From an uncultured Mollicutes bacterium (lineage in GTDB: Bacteria; Bacillota_I; Bacilli_A; RFN20; CAG-826): a stretch of 64,000 nt of DNA. Positions 48,581-59,272 of this stretch are shown here, piece by piece; position 1 is the first letter of the stretch, and every line of letters begins with the position of its first letter. Position numbers and translations under genes: made by a program. The notes beneath the pieces were generated by a model. That model was not told the DNA's origin. It did not search any database and was given only the letters and a program-made list of their open reading frames with translations. The stretch spans positions 38,477-102,476 of the forward strand of contig UQXJ01000001.1 in the NCBI GenBank assembly GCA_900545015.1, read 5' to 3'.

Positions 48581-50342
48581 CTTTGTTATCCTTTAGTTTA
48601 TTATACAATTCTTCTGCAGTTTCTTTAGGCAAAATTTGTTCTAACTCCTCGATTTTAGCATTTTTAAGCTCTTTAATAGATGGAAAAGTTTTTATTAGTA
48701 ATTCTTTTCTCTTTGTTCCAAGTCCTTTTATGCCATCAAATACACTATTAAAAATAGATTTATTTCTCTTTTTAATATGGGTAGTAATTGCATATCTATG
48801 AACTTCATCTTGCATTCTAGTTAATAAAAAGAATAATTTTTTATCATCATCTAAATTGTGAATTTCTAATTTTTCATCAATTAAAGCACTTGTTCTATGT
48901 TTATCAGTTTTTACAAGACCAGCAATTGCAAAAGGTAAATTAAGTTCTTCTTTTATCTTTTTTGCTACTTCAATTTGTTCACTTCCACCATCAACAATTA
49001 TTAAATTTGGCATTTCACTATTTAGTTCTTGTAATCTAGCATATCTTCTTCTTAAAGTTTCTTCCATAGAAGCTAAATCATCTTTTTTATTAACACCTTG
49101 TATATTAAATTTACGATAAAGTTTTTTATAAGGCACACCATTAGTAAAAGCAACCATTGCTCCAATTGCATTCGTGCCTTGCAAATGTGAATTATCAAAT
49201 AATTCAATATATGTAGGTGTAGAAATTTTTAAAATATTGCCAAGTCTATCCAAAATGGAAATTAAATCATCATCAATTCTTGCAGTTAAAAAATGTTCAT
49301 CAAGCGATTCTTTAGCATTTGCTTCTACTGTTTGAATTAAATCATGCATTTTTCCTTTTGAAGGAAAGAACACATTTGCTTCTAAGAACGAATTTAAGTC
49401 GTCTTTTATTTCTTCATTACTAACATAAATTTCATTAGGAATTTTATTAATCGAATAGTATTGGTATATCATTTCACTAACAAAATCATTGATTTCACCT
49501 AATAATTCATAAAAAAAGGCTCTTTTTGATAGCAACATGCCATTTCTTATATTAAAAACAACAATCGAAACATAATTATCTCTAACATGAAAAGCAAAAA
49601 CATCTTTATCTGTTTTGTCTCTAAATTCAACTGTTTGTTTTTCATTAATATGCTCAATTGAATCAAGCATCTTTTTATAAACTAAAGCATTCTCAAAATC
49701 TAAGTTTTCACTATAATGCTTAATTTTATCTTTAATTTCTTTAATTACTTCAGTATTTTTGCCATTTAAAAATGCTTTTATGTTATCAACGATTTCTTTG
49801 TATTTATTTTCATCAATTATACTTATGCATGGTGCTAAGCAAGTTCCTAAATGATAATAAAGGCATGGTTTATTTGGTACATTTTTGCATTTTCTTAATG
49901 GAAAAAGCTTATTTATTAATTCAATTACTTCATATGCTGCCCCACTATTAGGATATGGCCCAAAATATTCGCATTTTTTATCTTTAACATTTCTAGATAA
50001 ACTCACATATGGATTCTTAACGTTCTTATGTAGTGCAATATAGGGATAATGTTTATCATCCATAAGCATTATATTGTATCTAGGGTGATGCTTTTGTATT
50101 AAGTTCATTTCGAGAATAAGAGCTTCTTTTTCTGTTTTTGTAATAATTATCTCAAAATGGTCTACATGCATAACCATAGCTGCAGTTTTACCTTCGTGTT
50201 GCCTTAAAAAATATTGCGATACACGCTTTTTAAGGTTCTTTGCTTTTCCAACGTAAATAATTTCGTCATTTGCGTTGTGCATTAAATAACAACCAGGTTT
50301 ATCTGGTAATAGTTCTATTTGCTTTCTTAAAATTTCGTTCAT
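48570..50342 (-). CDS. uvrC: Excinuclease ABC subunit C
   Basis: GIY-YIG N-terminus (GCYLMHN...IYVGKAKNLKKR), UvrBC domain, RNase H-like, HhH; 590 aa. Confidence 0.9.
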   Translation of the reverse strand: MNEILRKQIELLPDKPGCYLMHNANDEIIYVGKAKNLKKRVSQYFLRQHEGKTAAMVMHVDHFEIIITKTEKEALILEMNLIQKHHPRYNIMLMDDKHYPYIALHKNVKNPYVSLSRNVKDKKCEYFGPYPNSGAAYEVIELINKLFPLRKCKNVPNKPCLYYHLGTCLAPCISIIDENKYKEIVDNIKAFLNGKNTEVIKEIKDKIKHYSENLDFENALVYKKMLDSIEHINEKQTVEFRDKTDKDVFAFHVRDNYVSIVVFNIRNGMLLSKRAFFYELLGEINDFVSEMIYQYYSINKIPNEIYVSNEEIKDDLNSFLEANVFFPSKGKMHDLIQTVEANAKESLDEHFLTARIDDDLISILDRLGNILKISTPTYIELFDNSHLQGTNAIGAMVAFTNGVPYKKLYRKFNIQGVNKKDDLASMEETLRRRYARLQELNSEMPNLIIVDGGSEQIEVAKKIKEELNLPFAIAGLVKTDKHRTSALIDEKLEIHNLDDDKKLFFLLTRMQDEVHRYAITTHIKKRNKSIFNSVFDGIKGLGTKRKELLIKTFPSIKELKNAKIEELEQILPKETAEELYNKLKDNKDGF

Positions 50343-52627
50343 TTTAAAGTTACAATCGTTGCTCCCGAACCACCATCAAGCTCATTTCCCAGTCTAAATG
50401 ATTTGACATTGGTTTTTTTCTTTAAAAAATCATGGATAGCCATTTTTAATTTACCACTTCCATACCCGTGAATAATTTTTACTTCTTTTAAGCCTCTTAA
50501 AACACAATCATCAAGATATTTATCAAGTGCAATAAGGCCATCATCAATATGATATCCAACTAAGTTAAGTTTAGAACTAACTTGCTTTTGACCCATAATA
50601 TATTTATCGACATTTATCGTACTTTTTAATGTTTCTTTAGGTGCATCGATTTTTTCACATTGATCACGTGAGGAATTAAAAGTAAGTCCATCTTGTGATG
50701 TTATAGTAACTTTCGTACCTTGAATACGTGTGATTCTTCCTTTTATGCCTAAAAATTTGATTTCAACATAGTCGTTTAGTTCAATATTTTCATTCTTTTT
50801 CTTTTTAACGTTAATGTTTTTAAGTTTTTCTTCTGCTTTTTTAATATCTTTGTCTTTTAAGAATGTAGAATAAATATTATTAATTTCATTATATTTGTCA
50901 GTTAAGAATGTATCAAATTTGTCAATTTTCGCATTCTTAAGTTTAGCTTCCATATCTTTTAACTGCTTATCTTTTAAATTAAGTTCTTCCCTCATTTTTG
51001 CTAAAGAATCTTGTCTTTGTTTAAGCTTTTCTTCTTTTTGCAAGAGGTATCTTTCTTTTTCACCAATAGCAACTATTTTTTTGTCGTTTTCATTTTCAAA
51101 GCTCTTATCGTAGATAACTTTTGCGTTGCGAATAATTTCATCAGGTAAGCCATACTTTTTACTAATCAAAAGGCCATAACTCTTCCCACTTACTCCAAGC
51201 AAAATCTTAAAGGTAGGTGTAACAGTTTTCTCATTAAACAAGAAAGAAGCATTTAAAATATTTGGATTGGTAAAACCATATTTTTTTAATAATTCATAGT
51301 GAGATGTAACCATGGCTAAAACATTTGTTTTTAATAAATATTTCACTATAGCAACAGCTAAAGCTTCGCCTTCTTTAGGGTCTGTACCATTGCACAATTC
51401 ATCAATAACTACTAAATCACTACTAGTTAAGTACTGAAAATATACTGAAATATTACTAATATGGGCTGAGAAGGTACTTAAGTTGCTTTCTATTGATTGG
51501 CTATCGCCTATATCTAGGAATATGTTATTGAATAGGCAAATTTCACTATCAACGCTTGCCGTAATTGGTAATCCCATCTTAATCATGTAGGCACAAACCG
51601 CTACTGTTTTAAGAGCAATTGTTTTTCCACCAGCGTTAGGACCACTAATTATCATTAGCTTTTTATCATTGCCTAAAATAAAATCATTAGGAACACAAAC
51701 GTTATAATCGATTAAAGGATGTCTTGCTTCAAGCAATTTAAATCTTCTATCCTTAATCAATTTTGGTACGTTCGCATGTGCTTCTGTGGCAAATTTTACT
51801 TTAGACATTATGAAGTCTAATTCACCAATAATTTCATTATTGTTTATTAATTGATTGGCGTTTTGATAAACCAAATCAGTTAATTCTTTAAGTATTTTTT
51901 TCTCTTCTTCTTTTTCTTTTATTAAAAGAATTTGCTTTTCATTTTCAAGTTCTAATACTGCTTTAGGCTCAATAAAGGTAGTTTGTCCACTATCAGAGAT
52001 ATCTTGTACGATTCCATCAACACTTGCTTTATAACTACTATTTACAGGAATAGCGAATCTACCATTTCTTATAACATAATTTTCACCAGCAAGTTTATCT
52101 TTATATTGACCAAGCATTTTATTTAGTAAACTATGAATGTTTTTATCGTTTGATGCAATTTTTCTTCTAATATCATAAAGTTCTTTGCTTGCAGAATCTT
52201 TGATTATATTGTCATTAGATATGGCACTACTAATTTTGTTATATAAAAGTTCGTTTGCGTTTAAAGAAACAAACATATTGTTTAAATATTTTAAGTCGAT
52301 ATCAATTTTTAAAGAAAATTTAATAAGATCAACAGTCGTATAAATATCATTTTTAATTAAATTCAATGTAATTTCGTCTAATAGATTTCCTTTTTTGATT
52401 CTTAAAATAACTTCATACATGTCCAATTCACTAGCAATTGGTAATTCTCCATATTTGTAGTAAACATCGTTCATTTCTTTTACAAGAGATAAGTTTTTAT
52501 CTACAATCGAAAACTCATTTGATGGTTTAAGTTCTAAAATTTTATTTTTGCCAACTATTGTTTTTGCGTTTTTAACTATTCTTTCCTTTATTTTGGCTAT
52601 TTCTAATACTTCTTCGATATTTTTCAT
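50339..52627 (-). CDS. mutS2: Endonuclease MutS2 (Smr domain C-terminus)
   Basis: Walker A GPNAGGKT, Lys-rich coiled coil, C-terminal Smr (VGYHIDDGL...HGYGSGKL). Confidence 0.9.
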   Translation of the reverse strand: MKNIEEVLEIAKIKERIVKNAKTIVGKNKILELKPSNEFSIVDKNLSLVKEMNDVYYKYGELPIASELDMYEVILRIKKGNLLDEITLNLIKNDIYTTVDLIKFSLKIDIDLKYLNNMFVSLNANELLYNKISSAISNDNIIKDSASKELYDIRRKIASNDKNIHSLLNKMLGQYKDKLAGENYVIRNGRFAIPVNSSYKASVDGIVQDISDSGQTTFIEPKAVLELENEKQILLIKEKEEEKKILKELTDLVYQNANQLINNNEIIGELDFIMSKVKFATEAHANVPKLIKDRRFKLLEARHPLIDYNVCVPNDFILGNDKKLMIISGPNAGGKTIALKTVAVCAYMIKMGLPITASVDSEICLFNNIFLDIGDSQSIESNLSTFSAHISNISVYFQYLTSSDLVVIDELCNGTDPKEGEALAVAIVKYLLKTNVLAMVTSHYELLKKYGFTNPNILNASFLFNEKTVTPTFKILLGVSGKSYGLLISKKYGLPDEIIRNAKVIYDKSFENENDKKIVAIGEKERYLLQKEEKLKQRQDSLAKMREELNLKDKQLKDMEAKLKNAKIDKFDTFLTDKYNEINNIYSTFLKDKDIKKAEEKLKNINVKKKKNENIELNDYVEIKFLGIKGRITRIQGTKVTITSQDGLTFNSSRDQCEKIDAPKETLKSTINVDKYIMGQKQVSSKLNLVGYHIDDGLIALDKYLDDCVLRGLKEVKIIHGYGSGKLKMAIHDFLKKKTNVKSFRLGNELDGGSGATIVTLK

Positions 52628-52673
52628 ACGATAATTTTACACGCTTAATTTTAAACATGCTATAATTAAACAA

Positions 52674-53612
52674 ATGGTTACAATAAAAATAGATAAGAAA
52701 ACACTCGAAGGTATTCAAGAAGAGTACAAAGATTTTATTCAAGAACGAAATATTGGATATATTATGTTTGTCATCAAGACTCCTACTAACATTATTACCG
52801 CATATGATAATAAAAAAGGTGGTACATATAAAGTTACAATCCAAGGAGAAAATGATACAGAATTAGCCAAAAAATACTCTTTAACGCCAGCTTTGCTTCC
52901 AAAGAAGGTTAAGAAAAACAAAGAAAGTCTTTTTTATATCGACGTTGACCAACAAATTGGTAGCGATGAAGTCGGTACTGGTGATTTTTTCGGCCCAATA
53001 ATTGTATGTGCTAGCTATGTTGATCTTGAAACAATGAAAATCATTAAAGAATCTTTAATAAAAGACTCTAAGAAATTAACAGATCAAAAAATTAAAGAAA
53101 TAATTCCTACACTTTTAAAGAAAGTTCACTTTCAATGCTTAACAGTTAATAACGAAAAATATAATAGTTTAGTCGATAGCGGTTGCAATCTTAATAAAAT
53201 TAAAGCTTTATCTCACAATCACGTTTTATTAAGGTTACATGAGCGTTGTCCATATGTTAAAAGCGTTTATGTTGATCAATTTACGCCAGAAGATAAATAT
53301 TACGAATATTTAAATAATTTGGACTTTGTTGAAAGAGATATCGTCTTTAGAGAAAAAGGTGAAACATATTTCCCTAGTGTCGCACTTGCTAGTTGCATTG
53401 CAAGATATCGTTTCCTTCAAGAAATGGAAAATCTTTCAAAGAAATATGGTATGAAATTTCCATTAGGCGCAGGTATCGAAGTTGATGACTTTGCTATTGG
53501 ATTTGTAAAAAAATATGGTGTTCAGGAGCTTAAAAAAGTTGCTAAATTAAACTTTAAAAACTATAAAAAAGTTCTTGAGACATTAGGAATTGCTCAAGAA
53601 CCTACTAATTAA
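52674..53612 (+). CDS. rnhC: Ribonuclease HIII
   Basis: N-terminal TBP-like domain, catalytic DVDQQIGSDEVGTGD, 312 aa; adjacent to mutS2 as in Bacillus. Confidence 0.85.
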   Translation: MVTIKIDKKTLEGIQEEYKDFIQERNIGYIMFVIKTPTNIITAYDNKKGGTYKVTIQGENDTELAKKYSLTPALLPKKVKKNKESLFYIDVDQQIGSDEVGTGDFFGPIIVCASYVDLETMKIIKESLIKDSKKLTDQKIKEIIPTLLKKVHFQCLTVNNEKYNSLVDSGCNLNKIKALSHNHVLLRLHERCPYVKSVYVDQFTPEDKYYEYLNNLDFVERDIVFREKGETYFPSVALASCIARYRFLQEMENLSKKYGMKFPLGAGIEVDDFAIGFVKKYGVQELKKVAKLNFKNYKKVLETLGIAQEPTN

Positions 53613-53645
53613 CTACTAAATATATACTAATTTTCTACTATTTTA
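53601..53645. repeat. 11-bp repeat copies (CCTACTAATT AACTACTAAAT ATATACTAATT TTCTACTATTT) overlapping the stop codons and last codons of convergent rnhC and rluD
   Basis: Seen directly; rnhC C-terminus PTN is encoded by CCTACTAAT. Confidence 0.55.
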
Positions 53646-54541
53646 TCTAAAACATCACTAAAGTACTTAGGAAGAGGAGATTCAATGGACATCTCCATTT
53701 TTAATATAGGATGATAGAAAGTTAATTTATATGCGTGAAGCAACTGACCATTATCATAAATTTCACTGCTTCCCCCATATAGCTTATCACCAACAATAGG
53801 ATGTTTAATAGAAGACATATGAACTCTAATTTGGTGTGTCCTACCAGTCTCTAATTTACATCTTATTAGAGTATATTTCTTATATCTTTTTAAAACTTCA
53901 AAGTGTGTAACAGCTTCTTTTCCTGCTATAGGGTCAATAGCCATTCTAAGCCTATTTTCTTTATCTCTTCCTATTCTACCAATAATTTTTCCTACATCAG
54001 TTTTTATAACGCCATCAACTAAAGCAATGTATTCTCTATGCATAGAATGATCCTTAAGTTGTTCAGCAATTTTATTATGAACAAAGTCATTCTTACACAC
54101 TAATAAAAGTCCACTCGTATCCTTGTCAATTCTATGAACAATGCCAACTCTTTCTAATCCATTAACTGTAGAAAGCTCTTTTTTAGCATAAATCAAAGCA
54201 TTGACTAGAGTATCGTTATGATGACCATCGCCTGGATGAACGACAAGACCTTTAGGTTTATCAATTACAAGTAAATAATCATCTTCATAAAGAATATTTA
54301 AAGGGCAGTCATATGGTTCTAAGTCTAAATTGCTTTCTTTTTTAGCAAAAATAATAGAAATATTATCATTTTCTTTTACTTTATAAGAAGGAGATACTTT
54401 ATTTCCATTAATTAGAACATTCCCTTCTTTTATTAAATTAGAATAATAAACTCGAGAATAATCCTTATCAAAAAGGGTTAAGCACTTATCAAGTCTCAGC
54501 CCTTCGTAATCCTTTTTTACAATAAATTCCTTATTTTCCAT
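53627..54541 (-). CDS. rluD: RluA-family pseudouridine synthase (RluD-like)
   Basis: S4 domain N-terminus, HRIDKDTSGLLLV catalytic Asp motif; synteny ileS-lspA-rluD. Confidence 0.85.
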   Translation of the reverse strand: MENKEFIVKKDYEGLRLDKCLTLFDKDYSRVYYSNLIKEGNVLINGNKVSPSYKVKENDNISIIFAKKESNLDLEPYDCPLNILYEDDYLLVIDKPKGLVVHPGDGHHNDTLVNALIYAKKELSTVNGLERVGIVHRIDKDTSGLLLVCKNDFVHNKIAEQLKDHSMHREYIALVDGVIKTDVGKIIGRIGRDKENRLRMAIDPIAGKEAVTHFEVLKRYKKYTLIRCKLETGRTHQIRVHMSSIKHPIVGDKLYGGSSEIYDNGQLLHAYKLTFYHPILKMEMSIESPLPKYFSDVLDKIVEN

Positions 54542-55169
54542 CTTTATCTATATCTTTGTCTTTGTTAGATTCTTCACTATTAACTTTAATTTGTTCCATT
54601 ACTTTAATATTGTGTTCTCTTTGTGCTTTTTGCTCTTTCACTTCAACAATAATAAAGTAAATAATTAATAAGAATATTCCAACAACTAAACAGCTATCAG
54701 CGATATTGAAGATTCCAAATCCCTTCCACCATGATTGAATTGATATAAAATCAATAACTCCACGTGAATAGAAGAATGTTCTATCAATAAGATTTCCAAT
54801 ATCACCGCCTAATATTAATGCTAAAGAAATTCCATACAAAGTATCAATTTCTTTCTCTTTTTTAATTAAATAAACGATATATCCAATAAGGAATATAGCA
54901 ACAGCCCAAGAAATTATTGTGAGTAAAATTCTGCTCCATTCTGCTCCATCACCCATTCCCCAAGCTGCGCCTTTATTTAAAGTTAGCGTAAATTCTATGA
55001 AATGAGGGATGAATGCTACTGGAACCCCCATTTCAAGAAAATTTAATGCTACATATTTTGTAATTTGATCGATAGCTATCGCTAAAACAAAAATTACGCA
55101 AAAATAAATTAAGAACTTAGTATATTTTTTAATTTTTACAAGCCAAGCGCCTTTTTGCATCTCTCGCAT
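54531..55169 (-). CDS. lspA: Lipoprotein signal peptidase II with charged C-terminal extension
   Basis: 4 TM, NKGAAWG and FNIADS motifs; overlaps ileS 3' end. Confidence 0.85.
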   Translation of the reverse strand: MREMQKGAWLVKIKKYTKFLIYFCVIFVLAIAIDQITKYVALNFLEMGVPVAFIPHFIEFTLTLNKGAAWGMGDGAEWSRILLTIISWAVAIFLIGYIVYLIKKEKEIDTLYGISLALILGGDIGNLIDRTFFYSRGVIDFISIQSWWKGFGIFNIADSCLVVGIFLLIIYFIIVEVKEQKAQREHNIKVMEQIKVNSEESNKDKDIDKDGK

Positions 55170-57886
55170 AAATGTGTTCCTTCAACTTCAGTTACTTCTT
55201 CTTTATCGAAATAATTCCAGCATCTATCGCATTTAACGCCATCATCTTTAATGACTTTTACAAAAGTTACTTTTCCTTCAACTTCAGTTAAAGTATCATC
55301 AAAAACAACCTTGCTTACAATAAATAATCTCTTTAATTCAATGTTAGAGAATTTTTCAACAGCTTTCTTAACATCTTCATCTTTAATCTTTAAAACTACT
55401 GTTGCTTCTAAAGAATCACCAAAAATTCCGTTCTTTCTACAATCTTCAAGTGATTTTAAAACATCATCTCTTAATAATTTAATGTTCTTATAGTCTTTGA
55501 GAGTTGTTTTTTCTGAATATTCATTAGTTTTCTTTGGATATTCATAGTACATTACGTTTTCTTCACTCTTTAATGGATAGTTTTGATTAACTTCATCCAT
55601 TGTGAAAGGAATAATTGGGTTTAATAATCTCATTAAATCAAAGCAAACTTTATTTAATACAGTTTGTACTTGTAATCTACGTTTACTTGTCTTTTCTTCA
55701 CAATATAAGATGTCTTTTGTGATATCTAAATAGAAGCTGCTTAAATCATCGCTCATAAACTTAAGAATTTCAGATGTAGCATTAATAAAGTTATATTGAT
55801 TCATATTATCAACAACTTTATTTTTAACTTCTTCTAATCTAGCTAAAATAAATTCATCAATTGGTTCAAATTCGGTTTGAATGTCTTCTTTTTTAAATCT
55901 ATCATCAACACTTCCGTTTGATAAATTACCTAAGATAAATCTAAATGTATTTCTAATTTTACGATATTGATCGCTAATTGTTTTAATTATGTTTTCAGAA
56001 ATTCTTACATCTTGTTGATAATCAGTTAATGCTGCCCAAAGACGTAATACATCGCTACCATAAACATTGATAATTTTTAATGGATCTAGTCCATTTCCTT
56101 TTGATTTTGACATCTTTTCCCAATGTTCATCCATAACGAAGCCATGGCTTAAGCATTGTTTATAAGGTGCATTCCCAGTTACCGCCAAAGAAACTATTAA
56201 GCTTGAGTTAAACCAACCACGATATTGGTCACTTCCTTCTAAATATAAATCAGCGGGGAATTTTAATCCTCTTTCTCTTAAAACACCATTCCAGCTTGAA
56301 CCACTATCAAACCAAACATCCATAATGTCTTTTTCTTTTCTAAAAATTCCATTTGGTGAGTGTTCGTTCTTATACCCTTCTGGTAAAAGTTCTTTTTCAT
56401 CTAATTTATACCAAATTGATGAGCCATTCTTTCTTACAAGTTCTTCAATATGATCAAATACTTCTTTTTCAATAATTGGAGTTCCATCTTCACAATAAAT
56501 AATTGGAATTGGTACACCCCAAACTCTTTGACGTGAAATACACCAGTCAGCTCTATCTTTAATCATATTGACCATTCTATTTTCACCCCAAGCTGGTGAC
56601 CATTTAATGCCATGAATTGCTTCAATTAACTTTTCTCTAATTGGTTCAATTGAGCAGAACCATTGTGGAGTAGCCCTAAAAATAACTGGTTTGTGTGTTC
56701 TCCAGTCATGAGGATAACTATGGACAATGTCTTCTTCTTTTAATAAGTGACCATTTTCTTCTAATATTTTTAAAACTTCAAGGTTTGCATCTTCATAGAA
56801 TAAGCCAGCAAGTCTAGGCCCACATTCTTCCATCATCTTGCCGTGTTCATCAACTGGACAATATGGTTTTATTCCATATTTTAAGCAGACATTATAGTCA
56901 TCTGCACCGTGTCCAGGAGCAATATGAACAATACCGGTACCTGAATCACTTGTAACATAATCACCATTAATAACTAATGATTCTCTATCAATAAATGGAT
57001 GTTTGCATGTGATAAATTCAAGTTCTTTTCCCGTAAATGATTTTAATAATTCACATTTAGTTAATCCTAATTTCTCTTTTAATGAATTTTCTAATTCTTT
57101 TAAGAAAACTAATTTACCAAAATTTGTATCATATTCACCATATTCAAATTCTGGGTGAGCGCAAAGTGCTAAGTTAGCAGGTAAAGTCCAAGGTGTAGTT
57201 GTCCAAATTAAGAATTTAGCATCATTATCGACAACGCCTTTCCCATCAACAACATCAAAGCTAACAAAAATTGTATAAGCTTTTACATCTTTATATTCAA
57301 TTTCAGCTTCTGCAAGAGCACTTTCACTACTTGGTGACCAATAAACAGGCTTTAATCCTTTATAAATTAAGCCATTTAATGCCATTGTTGAAAAACATGC
57401 AATTTCACGAGCTTCAAATTCTGGTAATAAAGTTAAATATGGATGTTCATAATCGCCTAAAATACCAAGTCTCTTAATATCTGCTTTTTGCCTTTCAACT
57501 TGCGTATAAGCATATTCTTTACATTTTTCTCTGAAGTCAAAAATAGGTGTTGTTTTTCTATTAACTCCACTTTTTGTAACCATGTTTTCAATTGGTAAAC
57601 CATGTGTGTCCCAACCAAAAATAAATGTAGTTTTATATCCGTCCATGTTTTTAAAACGAATAACAAAATCTTTTAAAACACGATTAAGCATATGTCCACA
57701 ATGCATTGCACCATTCGCGTATGGTGGACCATCATGTAACATAAAATCTAAATCTTTATGTTCGTTCATTTTTTGATATACTTCATTTTTTTGCCATTTT
57801 TCAACGAGTACTGGTTCTTTTTTAGCAAGATTGCCTCTCATTTCAAAATTTGTTGCTGGCATTAATAAACTATGTTTTACATCCAT
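55136..57886 (-). CDS. ileS: Isoleucine--tRNA ligase
   Basis: PYANGAMHCGH (HIGH), KMSKSKGN, C-terminal Zn finger CDRC...CERC; 916 aa. Confidence 0.95.
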   Translation of the reverse strand: MDVKHSLLMPATNFEMRGNLAKKEPVLVEKWQKNEVYQKMNEHKDLDFMLHDGPPYANGAMHCGHMLNRVLKDFVIRFKNMDGYKTTFIFGWDTHGLPIENMVTKSGVNRKTTPIFDFREKCKEYAYTQVERQKADIKRLGILGDYEHPYLTLLPEFEAREIACFSTMALNGLIYKGLKPVYWSPSSESALAEAEIEYKDVKAYTIFVSFDVVDGKGVVDNDAKFLIWTTTPWTLPANLALCAHPEFEYGEYDTNFGKLVFLKELENSLKEKLGLTKCELLKSFTGKELEFITCKHPFIDRESLVINGDYVTSDSGTGIVHIAPGHGADDYNVCLKYGIKPYCPVDEHGKMMEECGPRLAGLFYEDANLEVLKILEENGHLLKEEDIVHSYPHDWRTHKPVIFRATPQWFCSIEPIREKLIEAIHGIKWSPAWGENRMVNMIKDRADWCISRQRVWGVPIPIIYCEDGTPIIEKEVFDHIEELVRKNGSSIWYKLDEKELLPEGYKNEHSPNGIFRKEKDIMDVWFDSGSSWNGVLRERGLKFPADLYLEGSDQYRGWFNSSLIVSLAVTGNAPYKQCLSHGFVMDEHWEKMSKSKGNGLDPLKIINVYGSDVLRLWAALTDYQQDVRISENIIKTISDQYRKIRNTFRFILGNLSNGSVDDRFKKEDIQTEFEPIDEFILARLEEVKNKVVDNMNQYNFINATSEILKFMSDDLSSFYLDITKDILYCEEKTSKRRLQVQTVLNKVCFDLMRLLNPIIPFTMDEVNQNYPLKSEENVMYYEYPKKTNEYSEKTTLKDYKNIKLLRDDVLKSLEDCRKNGIFGDSLEATVVLKIKDEDVKKAVEKFSNIELKRLFIVSKVVFDDTLTEVEGKVTFVKVIKDDGVKCDRCWNYFDKEEVTEVEGTHLCERCKKALGL

Positions 57887-57889
57887 AAC

Positions 57890-58110
57890 TTTGTCTCCTT
57901 TAATAAAAAAATCCTTAGAAATAAATCTAAGGACGTAATATACGCGGTACCACCTTAGTTACTAAATAAAAATTTAGTCACTCATAGTATTGTAATTAAC
58001 GAAAGTGATACCTATTAGAATCATTTATATTGCCTTTCACCATACGCAACTCGCTTTTAATAACCTAATTCCAAAGACTTGTCTTTCGCCACATATAATA
58101 ATTTAATTTT
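57890..58110 (-). promoter_or_regulatory. T-box riboswitch leader of ileS
   Basis: On the minus strand: conserved T-box sequence AACTAAGGTGGTACCGCG (forward CGCGGTACCACC at 57943-57954), followed by terminator TCCTTAGATTTATTTCTAAGGA + TTTTTTTATT ending 3 nt before the ileS ATG; about 230-nt leader. Confidence 0.75.
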
Positions 58111-58119
58111 TTATAAATT

Positions 58120-59265
58120 TCAATTATCTTTCAAGAAATCAGGGATAATAGAGTCTTCATCAAGCGTATTATCCTTCTTTTCTTCTTGAGGTTTTAATAA
58201 ATCTTTATTAAATAATGGTTGTGAATCCATTTGTGTTGGTCTTTGATTGAAGAAACTATTTGCATCACTTTTTTGAGGAGCTGCTGTTTTTGCGAAAATT
58301 GTATCATTTGTGAAATGCGATGCAATAATTGAAAGCATAATTTCATCACTTAATTGATCATTGATTGATACACCAAACTTCAAATCAAGTTGTCCACCAC
58401 TATTTTCAATAATTTTATCAACAGTATCTTGGCATTCGTAAAGTGAAACACTTGGGCCACACGTAATATGACAAATAGCTCTTCTTGCACCATTAATTGA
58501 TTGTTCAATTAAAGGACAATTTAAAGCAGTTAAAGCAGCATCTTCACTTCTTTTTTCTCCACTTCCTGTTCCAAAGCCGATTAAAGCAATTCCACTATCC
58601 TTTAAAACATTTCTAACATCAGCAAAATCAAGATTAATTACAGCTGGTCTTAAAATTAAATCTGTAATAGTTTTAACTGAATCTGCTAAAACCTTATCAG
58701 CATCTCCAAATGCTTTTCCGATTGGCAAGTTTCCTGAATTCATTAACAACTTATCGTTGCTTACAACAATCATACTATCAACATTTTGTTTAAGTTCATT
58801 AAGACCATCGATTGAATAATTAGTTCTTCTATTGCCTTCAAATGTAAATGGTCTTGTAACAATAGCAACTGTTAAGCAACCTTCTTCTTTAGCGTATTTA
58901 GCAATGACTGGAGCAGCGCCTGTACCAGTTCCACCACCCATACCTGCAGCAATAAAAACCATGTTTGCGCCTTTAACAATTTCACGCATTTCTTTTTCAC
59001 TTGCTTCAGCAGCAGCTTTTCCAACGCTAGGATCTCCACCAGCACCAAGTCCATTAGTAATTGATTCGCCTAAAACTACTCTATGAGGTGCTTTTGATAA
59101 AGATAAAGCTTGCTTATCAGTATTTGCAACATAGAAATCGACGAACTTAATTTCATCTTCAATCATACGGTTTACAGCATTATTTCCTGCGCCGCCAACG
59201 CCTATTACAATAATTTTTGCAACAGGCTCAAAATTATCTAATGTATCTTCATTCATGTTTGTCAC
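58120..59265 (-). CDS. ftsZ: Cell division protein FtsZ
   Basis: GGGTGTGAAPVIA tubulin signature, 381 aa. Confidence 0.95.
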   Translation of the reverse strand: MTNMNEDTLDNFEPVAKIIVIGVGGAGNNAVNRMIEDEIKFVDFYVANTDKQALSLSKAPHRVVLGESITNGLGAGGDPSVGKAAAEASEKEMREIVKGANMVFIAAGMGGGTGTGAAPVIAKYAKEEGCLTVAIVTRPFTFEGNRRTNYSIDGLNELKQNVDSMIVVSNDKLLMNSGNLPIGKAFGDADKVLADSVKTITDLILRPAVINLDFADVRNVLKDSGIALIGFGTGSGEKRSEDAALTALNCPLIEQSINGARRAICHITCGPSVSLYECQDTVDKIIENSGGQLDLKFGVSINDQLSDEIMLSIIASHFTNDTIFAKTAAPQKSDANSFFNQRPTQMDSQPLFNKDLLKPQEEKKDNTLDEDSIIPDFLKDN

Positions 59266-59272
59266 CTCGAGA

